The notes under the pieces are model-generated. The model made no database searches and was not told where the DNA came from. It worked only from the letters and a program-made list of their open reading frames with translations. A stretch of 64,000 nt of DNA from the human T2T-CHM13v2.0 reference genome, Homo sapiens: the NCBI RefSeq assembly GCF_009914755.1, contig NC_060927.1; one strand, 5' to 3'. Below are positions 11,801 through 25,467 of this stretch, piece after piece. Made by a program: the position numbers and the translations under genes. Every line of letters begins with the position of its first letter. Positions within the stretch are counted from its first letter, which is position 1.

Positions 11801-13739
11801 TCAGAAAGTAAAGGTTCTTCCTAGATCACTTCATCTGATTAAGTAAGTGGAAACATGAATTGTGTTTAAATCTCTCTCATAGTCAATTAATTTTCCCTGT
11901 ATTTAAAACCACAGTATTAATTAAGTGTTGGAAATTTTTATTTTAAAAACATTTCATCTTTTCAAGGAATATAGCCTTTCATTTCTGTACTATACACTTA
12001 TATGAATATAAAACACAATCTTGCTTCATGTATAAGTTAACCATTTACCGTGTATCACAGTGGCCAGTAGACACCAGGGATCCATTCATTCAAAGATTAT
12101 TCTGCAGCAAATACTACTTTATAGCCTAAATGAGTTGATGCATATCTAAGGGTGTGGCTCATGCTTTTACAAATAATCAATTGCATACTCAAATAATTCA
12201 ATCAAGTCAAAGTATGGTATGGGTAAGTTAGTCTAGTGAACTTATTTTATTAGCAATACTTTGTGAATCGATTTTCCCCCCAGGCAATTCAGTGACAAAC
12301 AAAATAAGCAAAACAATAGTGTGGCTGGTTGATTTCATTAAATTTATTAATTTGAGCGAATCAACTGCATAATCCACTGAGTTGTATATAAATACAAATA
12401 AATATATCTAAGCAGAAAAACATCTGCTTAACAAAATTCATGGCCTAAAATTAGTTTTATCCATATGTTTTATTCACAAACTCTGATTGAATATTGTTCT
12501 TATATTTATAGAAATGGAGACATTGAGGAAATTTTTAAAGATTTTTCAAAAGTAAACATTAAAATGCTGAAAATATTAAAAATTTTGTTAAATTAGGAAC
12601 ACTGGATTACTTAGAATGTTTCTGAAAGACCATTCATTTAGAAGAAATTAGTTTTTGAGGATAAACTATTTATAGTTGTAAGGGTTCCAGAGATTGTTAT
12701 CACATCACTTCTTGTTAGACATAAGTATAAATACAACTTAGAATATAATTTTATTATACATTTACAATATAAAATAAGTAATTGTATAATTAGTCATTAT
12801 TGATTAGCATCCAAAGTACAAAGATAAAATGTTTTTATGCAGTTCCAGCAGTGATCATCTAATTGTTGTTTGTTCTGGTCTTGGGATAATACTATATCTA
12901 AAAGAAAATTTCTTGCACAAAAATTATACATAATCCTTAAGGAACTCTTCTTCAAACAAAAAATAACTTAGATGAATATAGTTGAAGTTAATTTAGTATT
13001 CATGACTATAGCACTTTTATATGAATTTCCTAAGGGAAAAGTATATATCTATTGGTACAGGGGAAATTAATGATTAAATTACATCCTTTTACTTTTTTGT
13101 TACTTTTACATCACAAAATAAGTATTAAAAAATATTAGAGTAGAAAGCCTTTTGCTTCTTTGTTTCTTCACTAATCATTGTTAGTATAAATGACTTAAGT
13201 ACAAAAGATATAAATTTCCCTCTACCAACCCTTTTTCCCTATCACAATTTCAGTAACTCTCTCTCTTTCTCTCTCCCACCTCACATACACAAATGCTTCT
13301 GACTGCATGCTCCATTTGTTCTAAATGGTGAAAGAATAGATCCCACTTCACACTGTTCATCAACCAAATCCCAACAGTAATAGAAATTTTTTCATTGTAC
13401 CCTTGACTCACCATTTTGGGTTTACAAACATGCTGGAAATCAATATATATAGTTAGGTGATCAAAATAGTTTGACTTTGTCCAACATACATTGTAATCAA
13501 ACTAATTTAATACAGGATCAAATTGCGTATCTCTACAGTGTTCTGTTCAACTTGTAATTTAATCAGACTGACATTTAAACAAACTGAAGATACATTCTGT
13601 TCTTGCATTATTTTATTGAGTATTGTGTTTTGTAAACTAAAATTTGGATTATGGATTTAAAAAGAAAGATAAGGCATGTGAACTCATGATATTTGGGTAA
13701 GTAAATAAAACAATAAAGATTGTAAAAATTATATATGGA

Positions 13740-14330
13740 TGAAGCAACAAAGACACTGAGAAAGTAACAGGAGAGATGTGCTATTTGAAATGGGACAGTT
13801 GGAAAGACTTGTCTTTGAAGGTGACATTGAAACCTCATTCTCAGGGAAGAGAAAGAGCTCATTCTGCAGAGTGGGAAGAAGTGCGTAACATATAGTGGAA
13901 ACTGACTGAGCAAGGGTCTCGAAGAGAAATGAGCTTGACACATTTGAAAAACTGAGTCCAGGGTGGACTGGAACTTACTTTGCAAGGAAGAGAGTTGCAG
14001 AAAGTGAAGTCTGAAAGATAGTCGGGAACCAGAGTCCTCAGAGTAGAATAAGATTCATGTTAAGAAACTGAATTTTTATATTATCCTAGATAAAGCATGA
14101 ATCTATAGGGAGGTTTTGACCAGTTGAGTAAAATAAACCAATTTACATTTTAGTAGCACCATGACTAGTGAGCAAAAACTTAATTGGGAGATGACAAGAG
14201 TAGAATTGGGAGTCAGTTGCAGTTGTCCGGGCAAGATGTATGGTGGCCTGGCATAGAGTGATGTCGGTGGAGCTGGAGAGAAGAAGATGGGTTTGAAATA
14301 TGTTTTGTAAATAGAATTTATGGGAACATC
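13740..14330 (-). mobile_element. L2 LINE fragment
   Basis: Purine-rich antisense L2 signature (gaaggtgacattgaa..., gagcttgacacatttgaaaaactg..., gcagttgtccgggcaagatg). Confidence 0.65.
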
Positions 14331-17300
14331 TTGTCTTTATAGAAAAATAAATGCAAGAAGCCCAGATTAATTTTTCATTATTCTTCATTGAAATTACCTT
14401 ACTAAATATTGATAATTGCAAGGGATAAGGAAGATGGAGTAGAACAAAAATATGTAGCAAGGCTGAGATGTGTATTTTCCACTTGATTCAGTTCAAACAA
14501 TAATTTAAAATATAATTTTAATAGAACAGTTTTGTTATTTCAAACCATTGTACATAAGGTAAACTCATTTGGATCAACAAATGCAATTTGATTCATTTCT
14601 GACATGGTAACTTTTTATATGTAGTTATTTTTTGTCAGCGAACGACTGTACAAGTATGTAGGGACATCTTCATATGGCAACATAGTAAGCCAGCAGAGTC
14701 TAGGTTTTGGCTAATAAGGAGCAATATTTGAGGATTTGACATATGTACCAGTTTTATTCATCTCTATTATGATCAAATTACTGTTATTGAAAACACAAAT
14801 TCTAAGTGATACTAGATATAAAATAATGTGTTTTCAGATACTTTCAATTATACTTATCTGTTCTGTTTAAATGAAGAAATGTTCAGCAAGACCTAGAAAA
14901 TGAGATTTCAGGATATGTGATATTTTTGGGGATGGAGTGAGGGAAGAAACTGTTATACTTTTAAGTAAACAACGGTAAATTTTATGCAATTAAAAATTTT
15001 ATATGACCAGTCAATTACTGATTATTTTGAGTTACCTTTTAATACTACTACATGAAAATAATTATTAAATGTAGAGAACATAAAAATTCTTAACACTCTT
15101 ACACACTGTTTTTTAGAAAATTCATATTCTGGAGATACTTCATTTAAATGTTTCTAAATGTATTTAAACATATATCCAAATGCAGTAAATCTTACATTTT
15201 ACTTTAGTGCTTTAGAATGTTCTGGAAAATACTATTTTTATAGTTATTTCATTTAAATAAACTATATAACTTCTTATGGGCTATACAGTTTCAGTTTTCA
15301 ATTATAAATTCTCTAAAACAAAATGATTATTTAAGCAGATATTTATTGCCTGCTATATGACTAGGCAGTGTATTTGCCATACATAAAGGTTCAAAGAGAA
15401 CTTTTTTCTCTCAGAATATATGATCCAGTAAAGAGTTTACAGTCTGTTTCCAGATCTGATAGGAAAAATTTGTTTTCTCAAAATCAAATTAATAATCAAG
15501 TATAAAAGCTTTAAAAATGTATTTGTTATATGACAGTGTATACCAATTAACCCCAATAAAGAAGATTTATGTAAAGATTTATTTAAAAATATCTATTATT
15601 TTATTACATTTTATTTTAAAGTTAAGATAATAAGTCACTCAGCAACCATAGATTTAATATCAGGCATTATGCTAAGTATTGAGGTTACAAAAAGATTATC
15701 TTCATATTCTGTTCTCTTGAATCTCAGTTTGCTTACTGGCATTTTATATTTTGAGTAATTGATATTTATTTTTCAATTACTTGGTGGTTTCTATAAGATG
15801 AAGAATTTTACAATAAATGATGTTGCATGGAAGAAAGGGAAGAGAGTAAAGAATTGCTGTGTACCATATGTGTTTTATTTGTAAATTGCTTCACAAGACT
15901 CTTCTGATGTTAGTTGTATGGATTGGCAGATATTCTACTTAATTACATAAAAATGTATAAATATGCATTTTACAAACATGTTCATATGTACAAAAAATAA
16001 ATATTTCACACATTTAATGACATCGTGGATGGATGTGTGAGTTGAGCTTTTGTTCAAAATATGTTAGACTGGCCTATTCTGGTGTGCTTATTTTTGGTGG
16101 GTTAGTTATTAAAAACTAATTCATGTTGAAGATGCTAAGTTTCCAATTTCAAATCGTAGCAATTGTATGTTTTAACTGAGCTTTGTGAGAATTGGGATGA
16201 AAGTGTGTATTTTCACTCCAGTTCCTGAAAAATATATTGAGCTAGTTTCCCGGGATTCTGAGTCCTCCAGCTTTTGGCCTATTTGGTGACCTGTGCTTGA
16301 TAGATGTAATTGACAACTCATTATGCTTCCTGCTATTTTACTTCGTAACTTCAAATGTAAAAGGCGTACTTTTTGATCAGAGGAAATATGAAATAACATT
16401 GCCTTAGAAAATGGTTGTTAAGGAGATAGAAATATTTAATTTATTATTTTACTCTTGTAATGTTAGGTATCTATGTGGATATCTGGATAAAAAGTAAGAT
16501 ACTTTATATATAATTTAAAAGTATATTTTAAATAATTTTATATATAATTTATTATGTTAATTCACTAATAACAGTAAATTATGTGTTCTTTCAGGTGACT
16601 GTACTATAATATACTTGTATTTTGAGCTACATGAGTGTTGCAAAGAGAATCACATTCTTAGATAGTGTATAGAGTATAACACCTAGAAATAGGAAAAGCA
16701 CTAACTTTTAATGTTAAAAAAGATCCATAACTTTTTAAAAAGTATAGAAACTTGCCTACTTGTGGTAATTATATTTAGATGTATTTAAAGCAAGTTAATA
16801 AAGATAAATGTTGTGTACTAGGAAATAAAAAAGTTTCATTAATATATATTCTAAGTAAGAATTATCTAAGAAAAATTGATATGATTGCCCCCAAATTTGA
16901 GTGGAATTAGTCTTGGTAGCACCTTAATTTTTATTTTTAAAGAGAGGCATAGTGTTCCATATGTTGATATAAAATGACACTAATATTGCAAAACATAATT
17001 GAAATTAAATGAGTAAATAGAGAATTTAAGTATGTAGAGGCCAATAAATTAGTTATTCTGAGAATTGATATCTCACACAAGTAAAATTGATTTTTAAATA
17101 CAATGCAGTAGCTAAGTAGCTATAAACATACCAATGATTAAAGAAAAACAGAGTCAGGAGAAAAGCTGATCCATGGCAGTATTGTTTAAATGATTCTATT
17201 TGTTAAGGATTCTCTCTGGCTGTATATATTCAACCATACTCTGGCCTAGGTCCCTTGATTTATTCCAGTATATAAGTGTCCATTGCTGACAAACAATCTT

Positions 17301-20300
17301 AGCTAAAACTTTTTTTAATATTAAAAATCTCTTCTTTTCTTTCTCTTGAGTTAAAGCATACTTAAATAGTATTTATCTTGTGAAGGCAAGTGAAAATAAT
17401 TAGTAGTTGCCATGAAGTGTGATAAGAAATAGTCGAGCAGCAGATTCCATTGTACAAAGTCATAAAAGAATTGTATCAATTTTTGAAATAAAATGAAATC
17501 TATGTATTGGTCCACTTGCTAGCAATCAGCATTAATGCCTCATCAAAAAATAAAGACTGGAATATCTTGGAAAATTGTAGAATACTAGAACATTTAATGA
17601 GAGAAGTTCATTGTCACCTAGGCTATTTCATGTGTTCAATTTAATGAGGGAGCAGTCAGAAAGAGATCTTCATTTTCATCTGAAAAAGAAACAGAACAAC
17701 TTTGGAAATGTGTACTGTTGGTGTAGCACATTGCTTAACATGGTTAGAAAATTAGTGGAAATTAGCATACTCCAATTTTATTGTTATTTTTACGATACCA
17801 TAGTAGAGCAAAAAGGTACTTATAGTATGATAACTTATTGTCTTACTGTGTTATGGTATAATAACTTCATTTTATAGGTTAGAAAAAATGTAGTTCACCT
17901 AGGTTATTAAAATAACAGCTTGCTAGTTTGTTTAATAAAAATTACACATATAAGAACCTGTATAATATTGACTACTTTACGACCAGCAATCTATTTGTTT
18001 TCTTAGATTTTTCAAGAACCCTATTAACCAGAAATGTGGAATTAAATTTAATAATTTATTTTAAGGTTAGTAATCTAAAGTTTTAATAGGTTTATTAAAG
18101 CTAAATGGTATATATATATTTTAAATGCTACCAAGCCTTAAAATCAGATAAAATTTTAAACATATTTCTATTGTAAATTTCTCAAATATTTTGTCATTGC
18201 AATATATCTGTAGTTATCTTTGGGTTTTTAAAGTTTATTCATTTTAATTTTTTTCCTTTTATATAAACATTTAGGTTCTTAATCTCATAGGTTTTATATA
18301 TAATATACATTTTTTCTGGAATTCTCAAACTAGTTCTGCAATAAGCAAATATTCATCCAATTTTTAAATGAAATATTTTGACACCTATTATGTTTGGTGT
18401 GTTGAGAAACAGGAAACACAAAGGCAGGCCACTGCCCCAACTTGTGAGAGCTTACAGTTTAGCTAATGACATCAGTAAATAATTAAAACAATTTTTAAAT
18501 ATCAAAGTTACATGTATTCAGCTGTACAGTTGGTAAGTTACCATCTACAAACTATTGTTTACAGAAATGAAAAGTACTGTTCTTAAGGATATAGGAATTA
18601 ATATACAGAGACGTTGAGAATAAATATTCATTTAGTATATTGGTCATGACCATATGTTAGCCACGATTTGTGTGACTCCTTAAAATGAAATAAGATCTGC
18701 CAGCTCCCCCGCCCCTGCCCTCCCGCAAAGGACAGTGTTATAAAATTGAAGAGGTATAGCTGAAATTAAAATACAATATAAGATGGATAAAATGAAGAGA
18801 AATGATATAAACTTTACATACAAATAAGCCTGAGAACTTGAGAAGCTTGAGTTATACATGGGAAATGAAAATGAGTCTCACATTTATCAGGATTTATCAT
18901 CATGAATATATGAAAATAATTAGAGAATTAAGATGAATGACTACTCCAGAGACCTCCATTTTAAAGTAACTGAATTAGTTTTTATGCGTTTAAAGATTAA
19001 AACTTATGCATTTAAGGATAAAAAATTAATATCCAAGTGAATAATGTTAGATTGAGCATAGAACTTTTAAATAAGTGATGTGACTTGGCTTTTTTTTTTA
19101 AAGCTTTATCTTACCCTTTAAAAATGTTATATTTAGTGATGAGAGCTTTCTTTAAAATATAACAACACAAAATCTAAATTTTACTAGATTCTGTATGCTT
19201 TTGTTTATTGATTATTTTACCTTTAGATGAACATAAAATTGACAGTACATGTATGGTTTACGATATATCCAATTTAAAATATTTCTTCAAATACCTATAG
19301 TTACTTGTCATCCCCTATCATGTTAAATATTTTTATTGTTATTTTCTCTTTCCTAACTGTATTAAATATTTGTTTTTAGTAGTATTGCAGAACTTTGGAA
19401 TTGCTGGTGTTCTTTAATATTTATCTTTAGAAATTAGGTAAATTGCTGTTTGATAGAGCCTTTATTTTTATATTTGAGAAGCACATAGAATTAGAAATTG
19501 CTGCCAGAACTTGGTGTTTTTAAACAGAGAAAAATCAATAGCAGATTACCCGTGATTAGCTGTTGACATTTAGATTTGTACTTTTAGAATGTCAAAAGGC
19601 AGTGAAAACTATCAATCTAGTTTCTGTATTATAATTATACTCTATTTTTAAATTAAACATTTTATGGTCCTTCTTCCCATATATGTGATATAGCCTTTTG
19701 GAAAAAATTAATTATAATAATTAAGGATATTTTGATAAAAATGATGACCTTTAATAATTATTTAGTCAAAAATTAGAGGTCTACTGATAACGCTAATAGA
19801 TTATCCCTCACTTTGAATACATCTAGGTTTTTTTGTTATAATTGCAACACCCTATTGCAGGCATCATTTTTAAATTGTGAAAATAAATATTTTTATAAGG
19901 TTAGATTAATATATTTCTTCTATAATCTTTATACAGTATCTAGCATATAGTTATTTATTGCTGTCATAAAAGTTATTTTAATTCTATGCCAGATTATATA
20001 TCATAAGTCTTTGATGTGTTTTCTCTGATAGTAGATTATTTACTTAGGCTGTCAGAATCTGACTTATAACCAGACTTTACTGAATTGGACATATTTTCAA
20101 AGTTTTGATACCTTAATTCTAAAACATTTTAGATAGACTGTACTACACACATAAGACACTTGTGATATAGATCCCATTTTTTCAAATGCATCTCTAGCTT
20201 GGGTGGAAATTCCACTCTAGATATGGCACTAGAATATTAAGAGGCTTAAATGGTACCTGTAAAACTAAGGGAAAACCACCAGTTTCCTCTTTAGTATATT

Positions 20301-23109
20301 AGTAAATGATTTATTTACTCTCCAAGTCTAAGATTATCCTGTTCAGTGCAGTTTCTCTCAACTTCTGGTTTAAAATATGAACTTGCTCTATTCCAGTGCT
20401 AAGGTAGGGGATATTTTATGTGCATTGGCTATTTTCCATGTCTTTCTATTAGCTGTTCTTAAATTGGAAAGATTGTGGTTTATGCTTTTATGTCTAAGTT
20501 CTTTATATAGTCCTTATATATCTCACGTTGCTGTCTTTTAATTGTGTTTATTACAGTTTCAAAAACAAAATTTGCTTCAGCCCTCAAGTTTTTTCACTTT
20601 TCTTTTCCTTTTGAGATTTGCTTCTGAAGACTCATGCACACATTGGTCGGTAGGCAATTGTGAAATAAAATACCCATTTACCAACAGCTGAATAAGTACT
20701 TCATATACTAGTGATAAGCTCCTTGATAATAGGTCAGTTGTACAATTATGACTAATGGAACTTATTCCTAAGTGGGGTTCCTTATCTTCCAATTTAAAAC
20801 GGCCTAAATTCAGTCACCTAATATACATATGAAGAAGAGTGTTTGACACCTGCCTGGGTGTAGTTTGATGCCAGAGAGTGGGGAAGGTAAAGTCAGGCTT
20901 AGGAGGAGCATTTACATGGATGGAGGCTGACACAAAAGAATGGGCATCTGGCTTTACTGCATGTGTGCACTGATCCTAAAGCCTCACACACGTTATAGTC
21001 TTCTCATTTGTCCAGCTCTGAGAAAGTTTTTCTTGAGTGGGAAAAGCTAGAAAGCAGTTGAAAGAAAGTTGAGAAGTTGAGTAAGAACTGGGATGACTCT
21101 CCATGTGAAAGCAAAGAAGTTTTCTTTTCCAGCCCTCATTCCTTAACATTGAATATTTTTGGAGGAGTTTATGATTTTTATGGAACAATGTGTATTATTC
21201 TTTTTTGTTAATTTTTTGAGTTAAAAAAATGTGTAGAGAACACTTGCCCATCCTATTTAACTTCATTTTCTAGATATGTTATGGCTTCAGGTTAATATAT
21301 CATGCCTCAGAGGATGTTATGATGGCAAGTATTTCTTCTGAAGATATGAAGTGTGCTAGAAAGCAATTAAACAGAATAGTGAAAACTGTTCATATACTCG
21401 GATCAATTAATTCCACTTTTATGAATTTAAATTCAAGACAAATGACAAGGAAAAGGCAGGCCAATAATTATATCCAAGGATTTTCATCTCAGCCTTATTT
21501 ATAAAATGGGAGAATTGGAATCAAATGTCCCGAAATAGGAAAATATTTTTACAGAGATAACTTTCTTTATTTGAAAAAAAGATTCTTCAACAAGGGCATG
21601 TGCATCAACAGGGGTCCCAAATTCCTTTGCATGAATTAAATGGATAGACTTGTTTGGCTGCTAAGAGAGAATATAAGAGAATTGACAGAAGAATAAGGAA
21701 AGAAGGCTTGCAAGAACAGTCTAATGGAGATTCAGGGGTTGCTTTAGAGTGGCTAAGAAGACAGTTAAAAATTCGTGATTATTGTTCTATTTCGGGTTGT
21801 CTTTGTGGCTAGGATGTTAACTCCCTCTTCATCCCAACATCTTTACTTTGAAACTTTCGCCAGTCTGTTATACTCTGGAAAAATAAGCATATAGAAGAGA
21901 GAAATAAAAGTTCTCTGAGAAAAGAAAATCAGTTGCCCCCATCCCTGCAAAAAGAAAAAAGAAAAAAAGATCTCCTAAACATATCAGAGTTTAGTTAATT
22001 GGGGTTCTACTAAACTTTTGCCCTATCCTTTTAGGCTGTTCAGAACAGCAGCTGGGTCAGGAATTTTATTCCCATCTGATACTAAAATGAGTTCCTAATT
22101 CCTTCAGAGGAGATAACGTGGACCTATCTAACATGACAGCATTCCCACAGAATTTACAAAGAGCAAAGGAATGAAAAAAAATTTAAAAAACTACCTATGT
22201 GTCCACGATGTGTGCTCTTTCTCTTATCAGGAAACTCATGTCAAGAGTATGAGAGGTGGTGTTTAGAGATGGAAAAGAAATCTTAAAGTAACCTTAAGGA
22301 TATGGAATCCACTTTCATATGCTTTAGACACACCAGCTCCACCTTTGTTTTTATGAGTGCTTAGGAATGGCTTGTCCACCTGTCCTTTGTTCCTGGAAAT
22401 AAACCCCGGAATCAGATATTCGACCATGGTTTCTGGCCAGATTAAAATGGGGAAGTATTTTAGCAAAAGTGAAAGAGATAGGCTGTGTCTTTCTCCATCT
22501 CCATTTTCCTGGATGATCAACACTGTTCCATTCCCAACACCTCCACAGCTCCATCATTCTGAGCTTCCTAATACGTTTTGGTGGTTTTGCACAGCCACCA
22601 GTCTAGACTGTCCTTGCTGCCTGATATCCAGCCAAGAGCTGACTACACATCCTCTTGATTTTTAGCAACCAGATAATTAATTTTATCACATGCTGTTACT
22701 GACAAATGAATTTCCATTTTTGAATGGCAATACTTGCAGATCTAGAGATAATGTAAAAATAATGACTTATACAAAGTTGGGGTGCCTAGGGTCAGGAACA
22801 AGATTTCTACATATAGACTAAGTTCCAGACTCATATTTATTGACTTTGTTTTGGAGGTTGGAAGCTGTCTCAGCCCAACTTTATAATGGTTGTGAAAGGG
22901 CACACTGAGGTATGAAGAACAAGCACTTCATACTTTATCTTAGACTGATAAAGATCATCTGTTTATCAAGAACTTTTGCTTAAAATATATGAAAGTTCCT
23001 TTTTAAAAAGAAATTTGATGGGAGTAGAGGAGAATCATTCGTTTTATGTTTGGAAACTTAAAAGGGAAAAAAATTACCCCACATAGTCCAGAAGGTAAGG
23101 AGTACAGTT

Positions 23110-23250
23110 AAATACATAATCATCTCATTTTACAGATGAGGAAACTGAAGCCTAGGGAGAATAAATAATTACTGTGGGGTCACATAACCAGAAGCAGACC
23201 CAGGATTTGAACTCCAGACAGTTTAGTTCCTGTCAAAAAATATGTGCTCT
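23110..23250 (-). mobile_element. MIR SINE
   Basis: cattttacagatgaggaaactgaagcc...ccaggatttgaactccagacagt is the antisense MIR core. Confidence 0.85.
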
Positions 23251-23718
23251 CCCTCACTACAGGATGCTCCTTTTCCAATAAGATTGTATAGAAATCGCTG
23301 GATTAGGAGGAATATGTGCCCTTCATAAGTACCCAGAGGAAAAGAGGTGTGGTCATTTCCTTGCCCTCCTCTTCTTGGGAATTACTGATTATTTTAAAAC
23401 ATTTTGGTATTCAACAATTAGTGCTTCTTTATATATGCAGCAATTTATGGCAGTATAGGAGCTCTCTTTCAGTCCCAAGTGGAAATAGATTTAGCATTAG
23501 ATGTAGCGTCTGCTGCCTATCACCTTGTTCTTTTCAACATTCTGACTTGAAGACTGAAATTCTGTATTAAATGCTGATGAGTATCTTATTAATACATAGG
23601 AAATGGAAATATATTGAGTTACTGAATTTTGCTTAAAATTTCAAAATAGCTTACCTAGCTATTACTGTAGTTCTTATAAACTTTCAGGCAGTTGTTTATA
23701 TGCTGAGCTAATACTGTC

Positions 23719-23748
23719 TGTATACACATGCACGTGCATGTGCGCGCG

Positions 23749-23799
<51 letters not shown>

Positions 23800-23802
23800 A
23801 CA
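23719..23802. repeat. Compound (CG)7(CA)n microsatellite, 84-nt perfect purine/pyrimidine alternation
   Basis: tgtatacacatgcacgtgcatgtg(cg)7(ca)n read directly. Confidence 0.95.
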
Positions 23803-24579
23803 GAAATGGTATGCTATTTGCTCCATAAACTTAAGTTCTTTTTCACTAGAGTGCAGTGGTTCACATAATCCTAAGTATCGCATTTTAGTGCTATAATGAA
23901 AAGAACTATAAATTTAAAGTATGTGTACATTTTTATTTTTTCTACTATAATTCAGGTCATATTACATTAAGTATTCTGAATATAACTTGCTTGAGACTGT
24001 AGTTATTAGGAATATCAATTCTAATTTAGGTTCAAAACAAATGGATAACATCAGGTCTTTGTGCTTACAGAGGATATTTCCCTGAAAAACTCGAACATGT
24101 TTTATATTCAGTAGTCTTTCTCACTAATGCGCATATAAAAATGTATCTCCAGTTGATGGAGGATTTGACATACCAGAAAAAAAGAAAATACCAAATACTT
24201 TTCAACTGTGTATATTAATTCTACCACTTTTTCATTTTTATTCCACCTCTCTAAGGTAAGTAAGTAGCATAAATTACTGTACTTATTTTACTAATGGAAT
24301 TTATATGGACGTTAAGTTACTTGGCAAAGCTGATAGGGCAAATTGGTAACCACAAAGGAAAAAGAAAGCAGATTTTAAGCCTGTTTGATCCATGTACTTT
24401 CTATTAACAAATGGGAAAGAGAATTTCAGGAAAACTTCTAGAATATTAAAATGTAAATATATTACATTTAAATATTATTTATCTTTAAGTCTTGAAAATA
24501 TGTAAGCACATTGAATCTATATCTTTTATAAATAATCTGTTTTAAAAATAATAGAAAGATTATTTGGAGAACAATTCTT

Positions 24580-24876
24580 AGGGGTAAGGGGAAATGGGGG
24601 GGACATTGATCACAGGGTATATAGTTACAGTTAGACAAGTAAAGAAAGTTCAAGAGATCTGCTGTACAGCATGGTGAGCATAGTTAATGATAATAAAGTA
24701 GATGTTAAGTGTTCTCACTGCACAAGTGATAACTATGGAAGGTAATGCATTTGTTAATTAGCTACATTTAACCATTCCATTTTATATGTATATATATACA
24801 CACACACACATATATGCTTCAAAAAATAATGTTGTACATGATAAATACAATTTTATTTGCTGATTTAAGAAAAATA
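24580..24876 (+). mobile_element. Old L1 3' end (L1MA-type)
   Basis: gttcaagagatctgctgtacagcatggtgagcatagttaatg...gtagatgttaagtgttctcac...gttgtacatgataaatacaatttt matches L1MA 3' UTRs. Confidence 0.75.
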
Positions 24877-25326
24877 ATTGCTTTCCCTGTATTTTATATT
24901 CCTTCGATATTTTTAAAATCAGAAGCTAATAGTTATGATTTTAAGTAATATTGTCATTTTTACTCTCATTTTATTTATGTATATTATTTTTGTGGGTATA
25001 AAACCATTTACTATGTGATTTTGCTTCTTCATTTATCACCTGTTTATTAATTTGTCCTGTATGTTTAAACTGTGTGCTAAACACCATATAAGCTGTCTTG
25101 ATTAATGAGCAGTAATGAAAACTTAAGTACCTACTGAGAAGCCACACAGTTTGAGTCATCAGCCCCTGATCCTCCTCCACGTGGGCTACTTTTGATTTTC
25201 TTCCAATTCGCATCTATTACAGCACCTGTCAAGTCTTAGTGTCTGTAAGAATTGTTGCAGAACTTGTTCTGCTGAGCCCACTCCAATGAGTTGGATTTAG
25301 TGTCTATGAGACAGTGTTTGTGATTG

Positions 25327-25467
25327 TTCATTTTTTTTTTTGCCAATTGACACTTTTATTAAGAATAAAGATGATCCATTCCTGTATTTTATTATTATTA
25401 TTATAGTTTAAGTTCTAGGATACATGTGCACAATATGCAGGCTTGTCACATAGGTATATTCATTTTT
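25327..25467 (-). mobile_element. Highly 5'-truncated L1PA insertion (L1 part 25387-25458) with 3' transduction, poly(A) and TSDs
   Basis: tttaagttctaggatacatgtgcacaatatgcaggcttgtcacataggtata is the antisense L1PA 3' terminus; TTCATTTTT is duplicated at 25327-25335 and 25459-25467. Confidence 0.8.
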
